Source of the DNA: Eledone cirrhosa | Taxonomy: Eukaryota | Reading direction: 5' to 3' | Assembly (NCBI GenBank): GCA_964016885.1 | Contig: OZ024742.1 | Span: forward strand, 222,208,001-222,272,000 | Length of the DNA: 64,000 nucleotides | Part shown: one piece after another, positions 25,920 to 37,944 of the stretch | How the letters are laid out: every line of letters begins with the position of its first letter | Numbering within the stretch: the stretch's first letter is position 1 | Made by a program: the position numbers and the translations under genes | The notes under the pieces: generated by a model | Told to the model about the DNA's origin: nothing | Seen by the model: only the letters and a program-made list of their open reading frames with translations | Database searches by the model: none

Positions 25920-27100
25920 TGGCTGGTTAGTTCTATAGCCATGTAGTTATGTGGTTGGTTGGTTATACAGCTATGTGGTTATGTGACTGGTTAGTTCTAG
26001 AGCCATGTAGTTATGTGGTTGGTTGGTTATACGGCTATGTGGTTAAGTGACTGGTTAGTTCTATAGCTATGTAGTTTTGTGGTTGGTTGGTTATACAGCT
26101 ATGTGGTTAAGTGACTGGTTAGTTCTATAGCCATGTAGTTTTGTGGTTGGTTGGTTATACAGCTATGTGGTTAAGTGACTGGTTAGTTCTATAGCCATGT
26201 AGTTTTGTGGTAGGTTGGTTATACAGCTATGTGGTTAAATGACTAGTTAGTTCTATAGCTATGTAGTTATGTGGTTGGTTGGTTATACAGTTATCTGATT
26301 AAGTGACTGGTTAGTTCTATAGCCATGTAGTTATGTGGTTGGTTGGTTATACGGCTATGTAGTTAAGTGACTGGTTGGTTCTATAGCTATGTAGTTTTGT
26401 GGTTGGTTGGTTATACAGCTATGTGGTTATGTGACTGGTTAGTTCTATAGCCATGTAGTTATGTGGTTGGTTGGTTATACGGCTATGTGGTTAAGTGACT
26501 GGTTAGTTCTATAGCTATGTAGTTTTGTGGTTGGTGGTTATACAGCTATGTGGTTATGTGACTGGTTAGTTCTATAGCCATGTAGTTATGTGGTTGGTTG
26601 GTTATACGGCTATGTGGTTAAGTGACTGGTTGGTTCTATAGCTATGTAGTTTTGTGGTTGGTTGGTTATACAGCTATGTGGTTAAGTGACTGGTTAGTTC
26701 TATAGCTATGTGGTTATGTGACTGGTTAGTTCTATAGCTATGTAGTTTTGTAGTTGGTTGGTTACACAGCTATGTGGTTAAGTGACTGGTTGGTTCTATA
26801 GCTATGTGGTTATGTGACTAGTTAGTTTTGTAGCTATGTGGTTAAGTGACTGGTTAGTTCTATAGCTATGTAGGTATGTGGCTGGTTAGCTCTATAACTA
26901 TGTAGTTATGTGGTTGGTTAGTTATGTTGTTATGTGGTTATGTGACTGGTTAGTTTTGTAGCTATGTGGTTAAGTGACTGGCTGGTTAGTTGTGTGGCTA
27001 GTTATGTGAATGTATGTTGTTTAACCTGGGTGGCTAGTTGTGTGAGTGTGTTGTTAACTGGGTAGCTGTTTGTATGTGTGTGTGACCAACAGGGTAGCTA
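25920..27100 (-). repeat. 32-bp minisatellite with 64-bp higher-order repeat, inverted relative to 25050-25835
   Basis: Alternating GTGACTGGTTAGTTCTATAGCCATGTAGTTAT / GTGGTTGGTTGGTTATACAGCTATGTGGTTAA monomers. Confidence 0.92.
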
Positions 27101-27450
27101 GCAGAATAAGTGTGAAGGTAAAAGGGTGGTTAATTTTATATAGGCTGGCACCTTCTTTTACTTTTTATTGTCTAAATTTCTGTTTTCTTTACAAGCAAAC
27201 TCAGCAAGTATTTATATATACAATAAAATTGATTTAGAATGAAAACCTTGAATGTGAAATTTCCTTCTCAATCATTTATCTCTGTGGCAATGTCTTGGGA
27301 ATAATACTAATATTGACTGTAAGACTGACTTTTGTGGAAACATGGTCTTACTACATTTTTATGGTGATTATACAAAACAGAAGTAATGATGGAATGGGTG
27401 TATACATTTACATACACACATATGTACATACACACATTTACATGTATACA

Positions 27451-27905
27451 TGTAACGAAGGATATTAGTAGTGTTTGTTAGATGAAATAACAAGAATAGC
27501 TAATTTACTTTATATTTAAAAAGGTTTACTTCCCTTCAGTCAAAAAGAACAATAAACAAGTTCCCACGAGTTGCGAAGGTTGACAATGTTATTTTGTTGT
27601 TGGTTCATGAGGCTGGTGTAGTCTGAGACCAGCCGAGAGAGAGAGAGTAATGGTCTGTGGTTGTCCGTAGACCCCAGCGGCCTGTAGGTAGTGGTGAATC
27701 TTTCACATAGTTTGTCTATAGCGTACTGTTCCGATCTCTCTGTATCAAACATGGGATGATACAGGCTTTATATACCTGTCGCTTTCTGTCTCCCACCTCG
27801 AGGGATCGCCCATGCATGAACCTGTCCATGCCGAAAAGGATGTTGACCTAGAATTTGACTTTTAGGTGTCACCCAGGGTTCAAGGCGTGGACAGATTTCA
27901 CTACA
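27451..27905 (-). mobile_element. Solo LTR (Gypsy-like)
   Basis: 455 bp with TGTA...TACA ends, flanked by a 4-bp TACA duplication. TATA-like TATATAAA on the minus strand near 27767-27774. The flank is low-complexity, so the TSD could be chance. Confidence 0.65.
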
Positions 27906-28169
27906 TACATACATATTATCATCATCATTTTCATCGTTTAACGTCTGCTTTCTCTGCTATCAAAGTTTGGATCGGTCTACATAGATCAAGTCAGTACTGA
28001 ACCAAAGTCATTGACCTCCCAGACAGGCCAGGGAAGAGGTCTGTACCTCACTAACACATGGTCTTACATTCTACTGAGTGCACAGGGGTGGTTGTCCTGT
28101 TTTTGACACAATTGAAGGGTCCTCCCAATCCTTTGTTTGGCAAGCTTATGGTTGGGAGGACCCTGTGAA

Positions 28170-28860
28170 GTATGAAAGAATGTCCTCTCCTTACTACCTT
28201 CCTATGAGTCATGATGTAGTAGCCAGAACAATCTGGAATACATTAAAGAAGATGAAAATAATAACATATATGAATGAATACATTGACACTGAAGGCTCAA
28301 GGGAATATTGATGGAACCTAAAAACAAAAACACAACTGGCCTAATATCATTATTTCTACTATGGCAGAATCGGTAAAGCGTCAGACACCATGCTTTTCAG
28401 TATGGAGTTATGCCCCTTTACGTGGTGAGTTCAAATCCTGCCGAGGTTAACTTTGCCTTTCATCCTTACAAGGTCAATAAAATAAAGAACCAGTAATGCA
28501 CTGGGATAATTGCTGGCCTTGTGCCAAAAGTAGAAATAATTATTTCTGCTATTGTAGATGCCCACTTGATACTACTATAGTAAGAAAGATACATAAGCAG
28601 GAGGATATCTACAGCTCGGTGATGAAGAATTTATAGATTCAGTACCCAAAATACATGTCCAGTTTCATACCTTTTTTACTGGAGTTACAGAATATATACT
28701 AACCTACTTGGGCTAAAATATGACTGAATTTGGATTCTTGGAGAAAGATTGCAGCTCCTCAATTCATCAGTTACAAATAATCACAATATCTGGAACCTTT
28801 AAAATCTGTAAAAGATTCCTAAGATTCAAAGAATGAACAATTGCACTAGAAACAATGGAA
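28170..28860 (+). pseudogene. Decayed RLE-type (R4-like) non-LTR fragment interrupted by a SINE
   Basis: YYLPMSHDVVARTIWN (RHD-motif-like) and CPLDTTIVRKIHKQEDIYS motifs, with stops and frameshifts. SINE at 28360-28545. Confidence 0.6.
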
Positions 28861-29880
28861 ATTTCCTTTTCTATAAAAGCTTGTTGCCAGGAAGGTGGCC
28901 AGTCTAAATTATACACAATATCAAAAGAAAGAGGCAAAATATACATAGAAACATAATACAGAGAGACATACACACATACTTAGAATCATACATACATATA
29001 TATATAAAGAGAGAGAGAGAGAAAGGTGTGGGGGGGGGGGGGGAGAAGAAAAGAAGAACAAATTAGTAAAAAAGAAGTTTGAGTGGAGTAAGGTGTAGAT
29101 TGATAAGAGTTATCCTTTTACATGTGTTTTGCAGTCATTTTCAGAATTTGATGAAACCTGGAGCTTATCCTGGTTTCATGGGTGTTAAGCAGCTTCCATA
29201 AGGTTCTTCCATAAAAATATAATGGAAGGTTTTTGAGATATGTATAAAAATATAAAATAAACAGTCTTGAAAAGAATAAGTAGGAGGAGTTTCAGGCAGT
29301 TTGGCATCAACAATTTTTTATTTTGAAGCAGAATAAATTGATGAAAAAACTATAAACAGGTTTATAGGTAAAGGAAGTGAGGGGGGGGGGGGGGATAGAT
29401 AAAGAATTAGACAGAGAAAGGGAGAGGAAAGAGAGAGAGCGAAAAGTTTATCAGATAAGAGTAAATAGTTTTGTTAGCCATTGGTTTCTTGGCTCTATGA
29501 CTTATTCATTATTCATATAAAGATGTGATGTCTCATAGCAACGGTCTTTTGCTCACCATCATCATCACCATCATCATTATCATTATCATCATCTCCATCA
29601 TCATCATCATCACCATCACCACTATCATCATCATCCTCACCATCATCATCATCATCACCACCACCACCACCACTACCACCACCATCATTTTCAACATCAT
29701 CTCCATTATCTTCATCATCATCATCATCATTATCATCACCAACGTCCTCAACAACCATCATCATCATCGTTGTCAACACAGTCATCACCATCATCATCAT
29801 CATCATCCGCATCAGTAAATGGAAATGTAATATATAAATGGACTTCCATCTGTTTCCATGATGATTCTCTTTTTTTACCT

Positions 29881-29950
<70 letters not shown>

Positions 29951-30362
29951 ATATATATATATGTATATATATATCATCATCATCATCATCATCAGTTAAC
30001 GTCCATGGTTAGACAGGTCCTATTTCGAGGCAAGTTGTGTCAGGTGATATAGGGGTATTTCTGGTTGGTCTTCTACGACTGGATGCCTTTCCTAACGCCT
30101 TCTTAATGCCAACCACATTTAATATAGAAATGGCTTCTATAGGACTAGAACTGTTTCATTCGTATGTATGTGTTTGTCTATAGGTGCTTAAGTGTGAATG
30201 TTCTTTATGCCTTTGCATTAATGTGTATATTTCTCTAAATATAGTTTTTTCAAAGAATCCCTGTTCTTAAAATCCCTTGGCCAACGACTTCCACCGAACC
30301 CAATCACCTCCTTCCCCTACCACCAGAAAAAGGTACAAATACCAACATACCACAATGACAGT

Positions 30363-30416
30363 TGGCTTTCCTGATGATTTCCTTCGAATGAAACAGTTCT
30401 AGGCCTGTAGAAGCCA
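30363..30416 (+). ncRNA. Type I hammerhead ribozyme
   Basis: TGGCTTTC-CTGATGA-TTTC(CTTC)GAAT-GAA-ACAG..CTGT-A-GAAGCCA. Same family as 159-209; partial inverted copy at 30121-30162. Confidence 0.8.
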
Positions 30417-30542
30417 TTTCTATATTGAATATAGTATATACTCTATTATGTACCTTTCTTACTGTGATTACCCCCGCTTGAACCCGGAATACCCATCTCT
30501 CTCTCCATATATATGATGTTCAACCATCTGGCAGGAAGGTAT

Positions 30543-30585
30543 ACGATGCTGACGATAGCTAATAAGCTTGAAACTAGTACATCGT
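30543..30585 (+). ncRNA. Minimal type I hammerhead ribozyme
   Basis: ACGATG-CTGACGA-TAGCT(AATA)AGCTT-GAA-ACTAGT-A-CATCGT; GUA site at 30577-30579. Confidence 0.87.
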
Positions 30586-31028
30586 TCCTGTGTCAGTGTT
30601 GAACAAAAAGGTGACATGGTTGCCTAAACACTGTACGGCGTAATTCGGGCTGTTTGTTTGTTTACAAACAAACAAACCGAGCATTATAATAAATGTTCGG
30701 TAAACCAATACGTGCATATATATATATGTGTGCATGTATGTATATATACATACTACTGTACGTCTGTATACATATATGTATGTACGTATACATACATACT
30801 TACATTTCAGTAAGTGCCGTACTAAGAGTGAGAAATGAAATTTCGTTTCATTCTATTCCATTTATATATATATATATATATAGGAACCAGTAAGACCCCG
30901 ACAGCTGAGCTCAAGCCGTTTCGACGGCTAATTCTGGACTAATAATTCCTATTACCCACTCTACTACCCCAAGTATTGAGTACTTTGGTGCGTTATGGTC
31001 CACCTGGTTCCTTACCACATTTCCTTTG

Positions 31029-31075
<47 letters not shown>

Positions 31076-31214
31076 TAGGTTTGAAGGTTCACCACTGGAT
31101 AGAGTTGGTCATTCCGTATGGTCAATCTTGATGTAATAATATGGAGAGTACTCAACGTAAAGCAGCTCAACCGTCTTCGTTTGTGTAGTTGGTGGTGCGA
31201 GTACGGAGTTAATT

Positions 31215-32410
31215 ATTATAATAAAATAACAGGAGGCTGGACTTGTGTAAATCCTTGAAAGGTTTATTATACTATGATCATTTCTATGACCGGGTTCCGT
31301 ATGAATCCGGTGATATCATCAGGTATTCAAAATATAATAAATGAATGTGACAGATAAAATCCATGGGGCTGAAAATCATAGACCCGAGGACGACCGACCA
31401 TCTAGCATCTTCCACTTTAGCCGGTCGCCCTCAAGTGCTGGCTATTTGGTCTACATAAGGCTATCTGGTGAGGGGGCGAAAGCTTATAATGTGCTACTAA
31501 CCTCCCGGTCAAAAAGAAAAAAAGAAAAATAGACAGAAAGAAGAAAAGTCAGAAGGCTAGGAATTGCCGTGAAAAATGTTATTCTAAAGAACCTATATCT
31601 TAACAGAGGTATATATTATAACAGAGGTATATATAATGGGCGTCTGCATGGTATAATGTGTGAACAGAAAATTGGAACGTTAAATTTTTGTTTAGATTTA
31701 TAGGATGAAAATTTAAAAAAAATTAAATTAAAGATTAAAATTATAAAATTTAAAAAAAATTAGAAAATTTTAAAAAAATTAGAAAATTAAAAATTAAACA
31801 GTTTAAAAAAATTTAAGGTTTGGGTTGGGAGATTTAGTTAAAGAATTTACAGAGAGAGTCTTTTATGAAAAGACTTTAAGTGTATTATAGAGATCCTCGA
31901 TAAGTTTTCAGGGTGGGATATAGAGTAAAGATTAAGTCCTTGTTTAGCAGTCAAACAGCACACGACAACTGCAGACTCCGGCCAGTGCATCCTAACAACG
32001 TGTCAGCCATTCCGAGTGAAATCGTCTAGCGAAAGATATGGAAATCAATTTTTCCGAGCACTCGAGGAATGTAACTGTTCTAGGCTTCGGGTGTGCTAGT
32101 GGGAAGTCAACCATTGTCGTTAGGCCATCGTTATACCAAAGGAGTACTATTAATTTACACAGGAGGGGGATTTGTTTAAGTGCCAGTAGAGGGAGGCATG
32201 ATACAGCTAATAGTTATGATTAGGCCTAGAATTTAAAGGTACTATATGGCAGTTAAAAACAGCAGCGCGGCAGGCCCCAGGGCGAAGTAAGTCGCTCCGA
32301 GTAATTTCATTTACCGAAAGAAGGGGAAATTTATTTTTCCAAGCCTCCCTTGAGTGCTTGGAAAAATAAATTTCCTCTAAAAGTCCAGCCTCCTGTTATT
32401 TTATTATCAT
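31215..32410 (-). pseudogene. 5'-truncated decayed Penelope-like element with short inverted terminal segment
   Basis: 31215-31244 is inverted at 32381-32410. Minus-strand LTAKQGLNL (~31928-31954) resembles a PLE ORF end. Hammerhead near the 3' end; TA tracts nearby. Confidence 0.55.
31269..31326 (-). ncRNA. Type I hammerhead ribozyme
   Basis: ATAC-CTGATGA-TATCACCGG..CCGGTCATA-GAA-ATGATCAT-A-GTAT; palindromic stem III, AUA site. Confidence 0.83.
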
Positions 32411-32657
32411 TATATATATATATATATTTCAAGCATATAAAATAGACATTAAATGGTGATGATGATGATAATGATAATGATGGCGATGAAGATGATAATG
32501 ATGGCGATGATGATGATAATGATGATGATGACCATGATTATGTTTCCTGCATATCAAATCATTGTGAATGTCCACTTGGAATGTCCATCAGAGAACTGGA
32601 ATGAATACTGCATAACCTTCATATCCGATATTTTAATGATTCAGCACCTGCACAAGA

Positions 32658-33690
32658 ATGGTTTCTGAATTAGACACAAGGCCAGCAATATTTGGAGAGG
32701 GGAAAGTCAATTAATTCGACCCAGTGCATAACTGGTACTTTATTTTATCGACCCCGTAAGAATGAAAAGCAAAGCTAACCTCAGCTGGATTTGAACTCAG
32801 ACCGTAAAGAGCCTTAACTCTGTGCCACTAAGCATGTTGTCTGACGCTATACCGATACTGTCAAATAATTGTTTCTACTTTTGGCACCAGGCCAGCAATT
32901 ATCCCAGTGCATTACTGGTACTTTATTTTATCGACCCTGTAAGGATGAAAAGCAAAGTTAACCTCGGCGGGATTTGAACTCAGATCATAAAGGGAGGTAA
33001 CTCTATGCTTCAAAGCATGGCGCCCGACCCTCTACCGATACTGCCATAATAATGATAATAATGGTTTCTGAATTAGGCGCAAGGCTAACAGTATTTGGAA
33101 AGGGAAAATCGATTAAATGAACCCCAGTGCATTACTGGTACTTTATTTTATCGACCCTGTAAGGATGAAAGGCAAAGTTAACCTCGGCTGGATTTAAACT
33201 CAGAACGTAAAGAGTTTTAACTCTGTGCCACTAAGCATGTCTATGTCACTAAGCATACCACTGGCACAAGGCCAACAATTACCCAGTGCATTACTGGTGC
33301 TTTATTTCATCGAGCTGGATTTGAACTCAGAACATAAAGGACCATAACTCTATGCTACAAAGCATGGTGTCTATTGCTCTACTGATACTGCCAAAATTTC
33401 TGAATTAGGCACAAGGTAAGCAATATTTGGGAAGGGGAAAGTTGATCAAATTGGCTCCAGTACATTTCCGGTGTTTTATTTTATTGACCCCGTAAGGATG
33501 AAAGGCAAAGCTAACATCAGTAGGATTTGAACTCTACTAGTTCTGACAATCCACATGCACAATAATGGTTTCTAATTTAGGTACAAGGACAGCATTTTGA
33601 ATAACACTTTATTGTGCCATGGGTGAAAGAATGAAAACCAAAGTTAACCTCAGTGAGGTTTTAACTCAGAGATGTAAAGAGCTGCAATCC
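32658..33690 (-). mobile_element. Head-to-tail array of ~6 Meta-like SINEs
   Basis: Repeated SINE cores of varying divergence. Confidence 0.85.
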
Positions 33691-34739
33691 TGCAAAATTT
33701 GCTGCCTTGTCACCACATACACAATGCCATACCGTGTTATAAGAACCTTAACATCTGATGGAGTTGTAAGGCTGTAGTGTCACACTGTAACAGCGTCACA
33801 CTATAACAGTGTCACGCTGTAATAGTGTCACACTGTAACATTATATCATCATTACTCTGACAAACTGTAACAGTGTCTCTGAGACAGTTATAGTTTGTCA
33901 CTGTTATTGTTCTCCAGGTCAAATTATAGCCAAATTTTTACCATAGAGAGAGGGAGAGGGAAAGGGAGAAAGAGACATAGAGCAAGAGTGAGTGAGAGAA
34001 AGAGAGAGACAGTGAGTGAGTGAAACACACAGAGCAAGAGAGAAGCTGGGAGAGAGAGAGAGAGAGAGAGACAGAATCAGAAAGAAGTGATAACAGAGAC
34101 AAAGCAAGAGAGAGACAGAGAGAGAGAGAGTTTGGGGGAGAGAGACAGAGTTCGAAAGAAGTGATAACAGAGACAAAGCAAGAGAGAGAGAGAGAGCGAG
34201 AGAGAGAGAGAGAGAGTGATAAAAAGAAATAGAGGAAGACTTGACCCTCAGTACAGAAATGGTACCAGCTCAATACATACACAACACACAATAGAAAACA
34301 TACATACACACACAGAAATTCTTTCACAAGTATGTTTACATGTAGCTGATTTATTAAATCCTCCTTTGTGTGATGCTGACTTCTCGTCACACGAACATAA
34401 CTATGCAGGTGTAAATATATACCTGTTCATTATTGAAGTTTCTCATCTTTTCACTACATACCAGCATCATCATTGAGAATAGATAGGATGCCATATAAAT
34501 AAACAATTAACATATGACATATACAGCATGTATGTGAATGTATGCATACATATATATATACACACACACAAACACACACAAACACACACACACATACACA
34601 CACACACACACACATATATATATTGATATCAGGTTAACATATAACCTTTTGTAGACAGCTGAAGAGGTGGGCATTGTTCTCCTTGTGTTTTTTTGTTTTT
34701 ATATATACCATCATTATCACATATATTCACATATATATG

Positions 34740-36640
34740 TGTCATCCTTTCATATGTATCATATGGTTATACCAATGCAATCTCCTCTCCTGCATACTAC
34801 ATCTGATTCCTCTTAGGCCCAGTTTCCTCTCTCAGTTCATTTATGCTTTGCCAGTCATGTATATTATTATTAAACATCCATCGGAGTATGCAAGCTTCAT
34901 TTCTTTCCAATCTTTGCAGTTCCTCTGAACACAGTGTCCAGGTCTCACTACCATGCAATATTGTTTTTCGTATACATGCATCATACAATCTGCCTTTCAT
35001 TTTGAGGGAAAAACCTTTTGTAAGCTAGCAGTGGTAGTAACTCCCTGAACTGGCTACTGTACTTTCCAGAAGACCCATCTTCACTGCTATTTTTGCCACT
35101 CAGATAATAGAAACTGTCAACTATTTCTACAGAGCCCTCTGGACATTTGAAGGAGCTAGATTCCTGTGGGCTCTTGCTACTTACTGTACCTGAGCATCAG
35201 CAGAATATCCTATGTTCTTGGATAGCCTGTCTGTGACCCCACTACATCTCCTGTCTCCCATAGCTTGCATTTGGGGGCATAGGATGTAATTTATATCTAC
35301 TCCTTTCCTGTACACTCAGCAAGTCAATTTTTCCCTGAGGGAATCTGGGGCCCTGTTTTCTTTTCTACATAAGTCTTTGATAAATTAACTATAAGACCTT
35401 TTGATTCTCGGCCATGCTTCTAAGTTTGGAATTTATTCTCTAATTGTGCCATAGTTTCAGCTATAAGGGTTTAGATCCTCTGCATACAGATGCTCCCATG
35501 GACAGCCAGTCTTAAAATCTCTGTTATAGCCTGCAGGATGATAATAAACAGAAGAGGGCTAAGAATAGAGCTCTGATGGGACACTTACCTGAACTCTAAA
35601 TTCTTTACTATATTCATTATTAATTCTAACCTTGCTGATCTGTTCCTCTATACCAGGCTTGTACAGCCTTCACAAGCAACTTATCTACTCCTAGTCTTCT
35701 AAGAGCTCTCCAGATAATGGAACAGGGGACTCTGTCAAAAGCTTTCTCCAGGTCAACAAAAACTAAGTTGAGGGTTTTACTTTTAGCTAGGTCCTTCTCC
35801 TGTTGTTGCCTCACAAGGAAGAGAGCATCTGTCTGTACTTTTACCTAGCACAAATCCAAACTGCCGCATTTTATCTAGGTTAGCTTGGTCCCTAATCAGC
35901 TGTACTATAACCCTTTCTGTAACCTTCATTACCTGGTCAACCCAGCTTGATGCTTCTATAGTTTTCTCTGTCAAGAGCATCTCCTTTGCCCTTATAGCAG
36001 TTGACGATGCTGCTGCTATGCCAGTCATTGGGTATGACAGCATTTCGTATTACTGGGTTTACAATACGGGGTGGTCATGGTGTGACCTGTCACCCCAGAT
36101 GCTTTCAATATCTCAGCAACTAGCTCCAAAGGTCCAGCCGCTTTGCCTGACTGCATATCCTTGATTGCCTTACTATACTACTGCTAACTGGCATAGCTTG
36201 TCTATCTGTTGGTTCAACTTAGGTCAAACTATCTTCTTCTCATGCATTCTCTTCATTTAGTAGTCTTTCATAGTGGCACTTTCATGCTACCTTCTTTTCA
36301 GCATCAGTGAGGGTGAGTCCTCCATTATCATCACAGACACACTTCTCCCCATCAACCATCACAATTTTCCCTGAAACACTGCCTCGTAATCTTGCACCTT
36401 TTGGTTCTCACATCACAGAACATGCTTAATGTTTTTATTTTCTGCTCCACATCTTGCTAAATATACTTGTCGCCTAGCTTCTCTCCTAACATCCTGGTAG
36501 TGTTTCTCTACTTCCCCCATCCTGCCATTCTTTCCATGCCTGTCTCTTGGCCTTAATTGTCACCTCTGCCCTACTGTTCCACCACTTTATCTTCCCAGAG
36601 ACCTGTCCAACCACAGACTTCCTTTGTCACCTTCAGGAAT
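34740..36640 (-). pseudogene. Degenerate RTE LINE (same family as 44490-46190)
   Basis: FVDLEKAFDRVP, QFGFVLGK and KGRLYDACIRKTILHGSETW fragments in several frames. Confidence 0.88.
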
Positions 36641-37801
36641 TCCCACTGCTCTTCTATATTGTATGTTTCTATAAACTCTTTAATCAGGTTCAACCTTTTC
36701 TTTTTTTAGTAATTAGTCAAATGCACAATCAAACAGCTTCAAATAATTATGAAAATAATAAAATTTTAGAGGAATTTAATATAACAAACTTTCTCATTAT
36801 TTTACTGGGGTTTGCAAGATTATGTAGCAAAGGTTCAGAAGGTTTTTAATATAATTATGACTGCTAAGTGTGGTGAATTGGCAGAAATGGTAGAGCATCA
36901 GATAAAATTCCATTGCAGTATTTGTTCTGGCTCTTTACATACTGAGTTCAAATCCTGTCATGGTCAACTTTACACTTCATCCTTCTGAGGCTGATTTAAT
37001 CAACTTTGCTCCTACCCTAAAATTTGCTGGCCTTGTGACTAAATTAAAAATCAATATATTTATGAACACTTTAACTCTTTAGCATTTACATTACTCTATA
37101 TTTACTATTATATTTTCACAGTAAAGACTTTACTTCACATAATTATCTCACATAGTATCAAATCTACGAGATTTTGATGTTATTTATTTTGAGAACAATA
37201 CCTTAACATCAGTATGAGCGGCAGGTTACAGCCAGTTTGAACAGAAAGAGGTGAGAGAATTCTGACTGGATATGGCCGGTTTAAATGCTGAAAGGTTAAA
37301 GCAAGTAGCTTTGTATCGTTAATCCAGCAGTGGTTTTGTGTGGGTTGGTATCAAAAAGTTTGAAACCTTGAATTAGAAGTAATTTGGATCTCCACATCCA
37401 CCCCATACTAAAAGTCTGTTTTATTTTCAGACTAACCTATTTGTGACAAGAAAAACACAAACAGCAAACATTTGTACAAAATTTTAATGTATTTATTTAT
37501 TTAACCAACTAAACTACATCCTAAAGCATCTTATTTATTTTCATTGGGCTTCCCTGGTGTCTTAATAATTGAATTATTTCATAGTTTTGTTTTACACATT
37601 GCAGACATCATCATCACCACCATCACCACCATTAGCAACACTACTGCCACCATTGCTAGCACCACCACTATCATAATCATTGTCGTCATCATCATCATTG
37701 TCACCAACACCACCACCATCATCAACACCACTATCATCTTCATCATCACCGTCACCACTAACACTACTAGCATTGCCAACATTGCTACCACCACCACCAC
37801 C

Positions 37802-37833
<32 letters not shown>

Positions 37834-37913
37834 TTAACTAACATTTTCCTTTCAAGCAAAGAATTTATAAATAAATATATGAAGCAAGTCGCTTGTCTAC
37901 AGTTTAGGTGTAT

Positions 37914-37944
<31 letters not shown>

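Noticed and set aside
25050-27100. CRISPR-like periodicity of 32-bp repeats
   Set aside because: Contiguous tandem units with no unique spacers, no cas genes, and a eukaryotic context.
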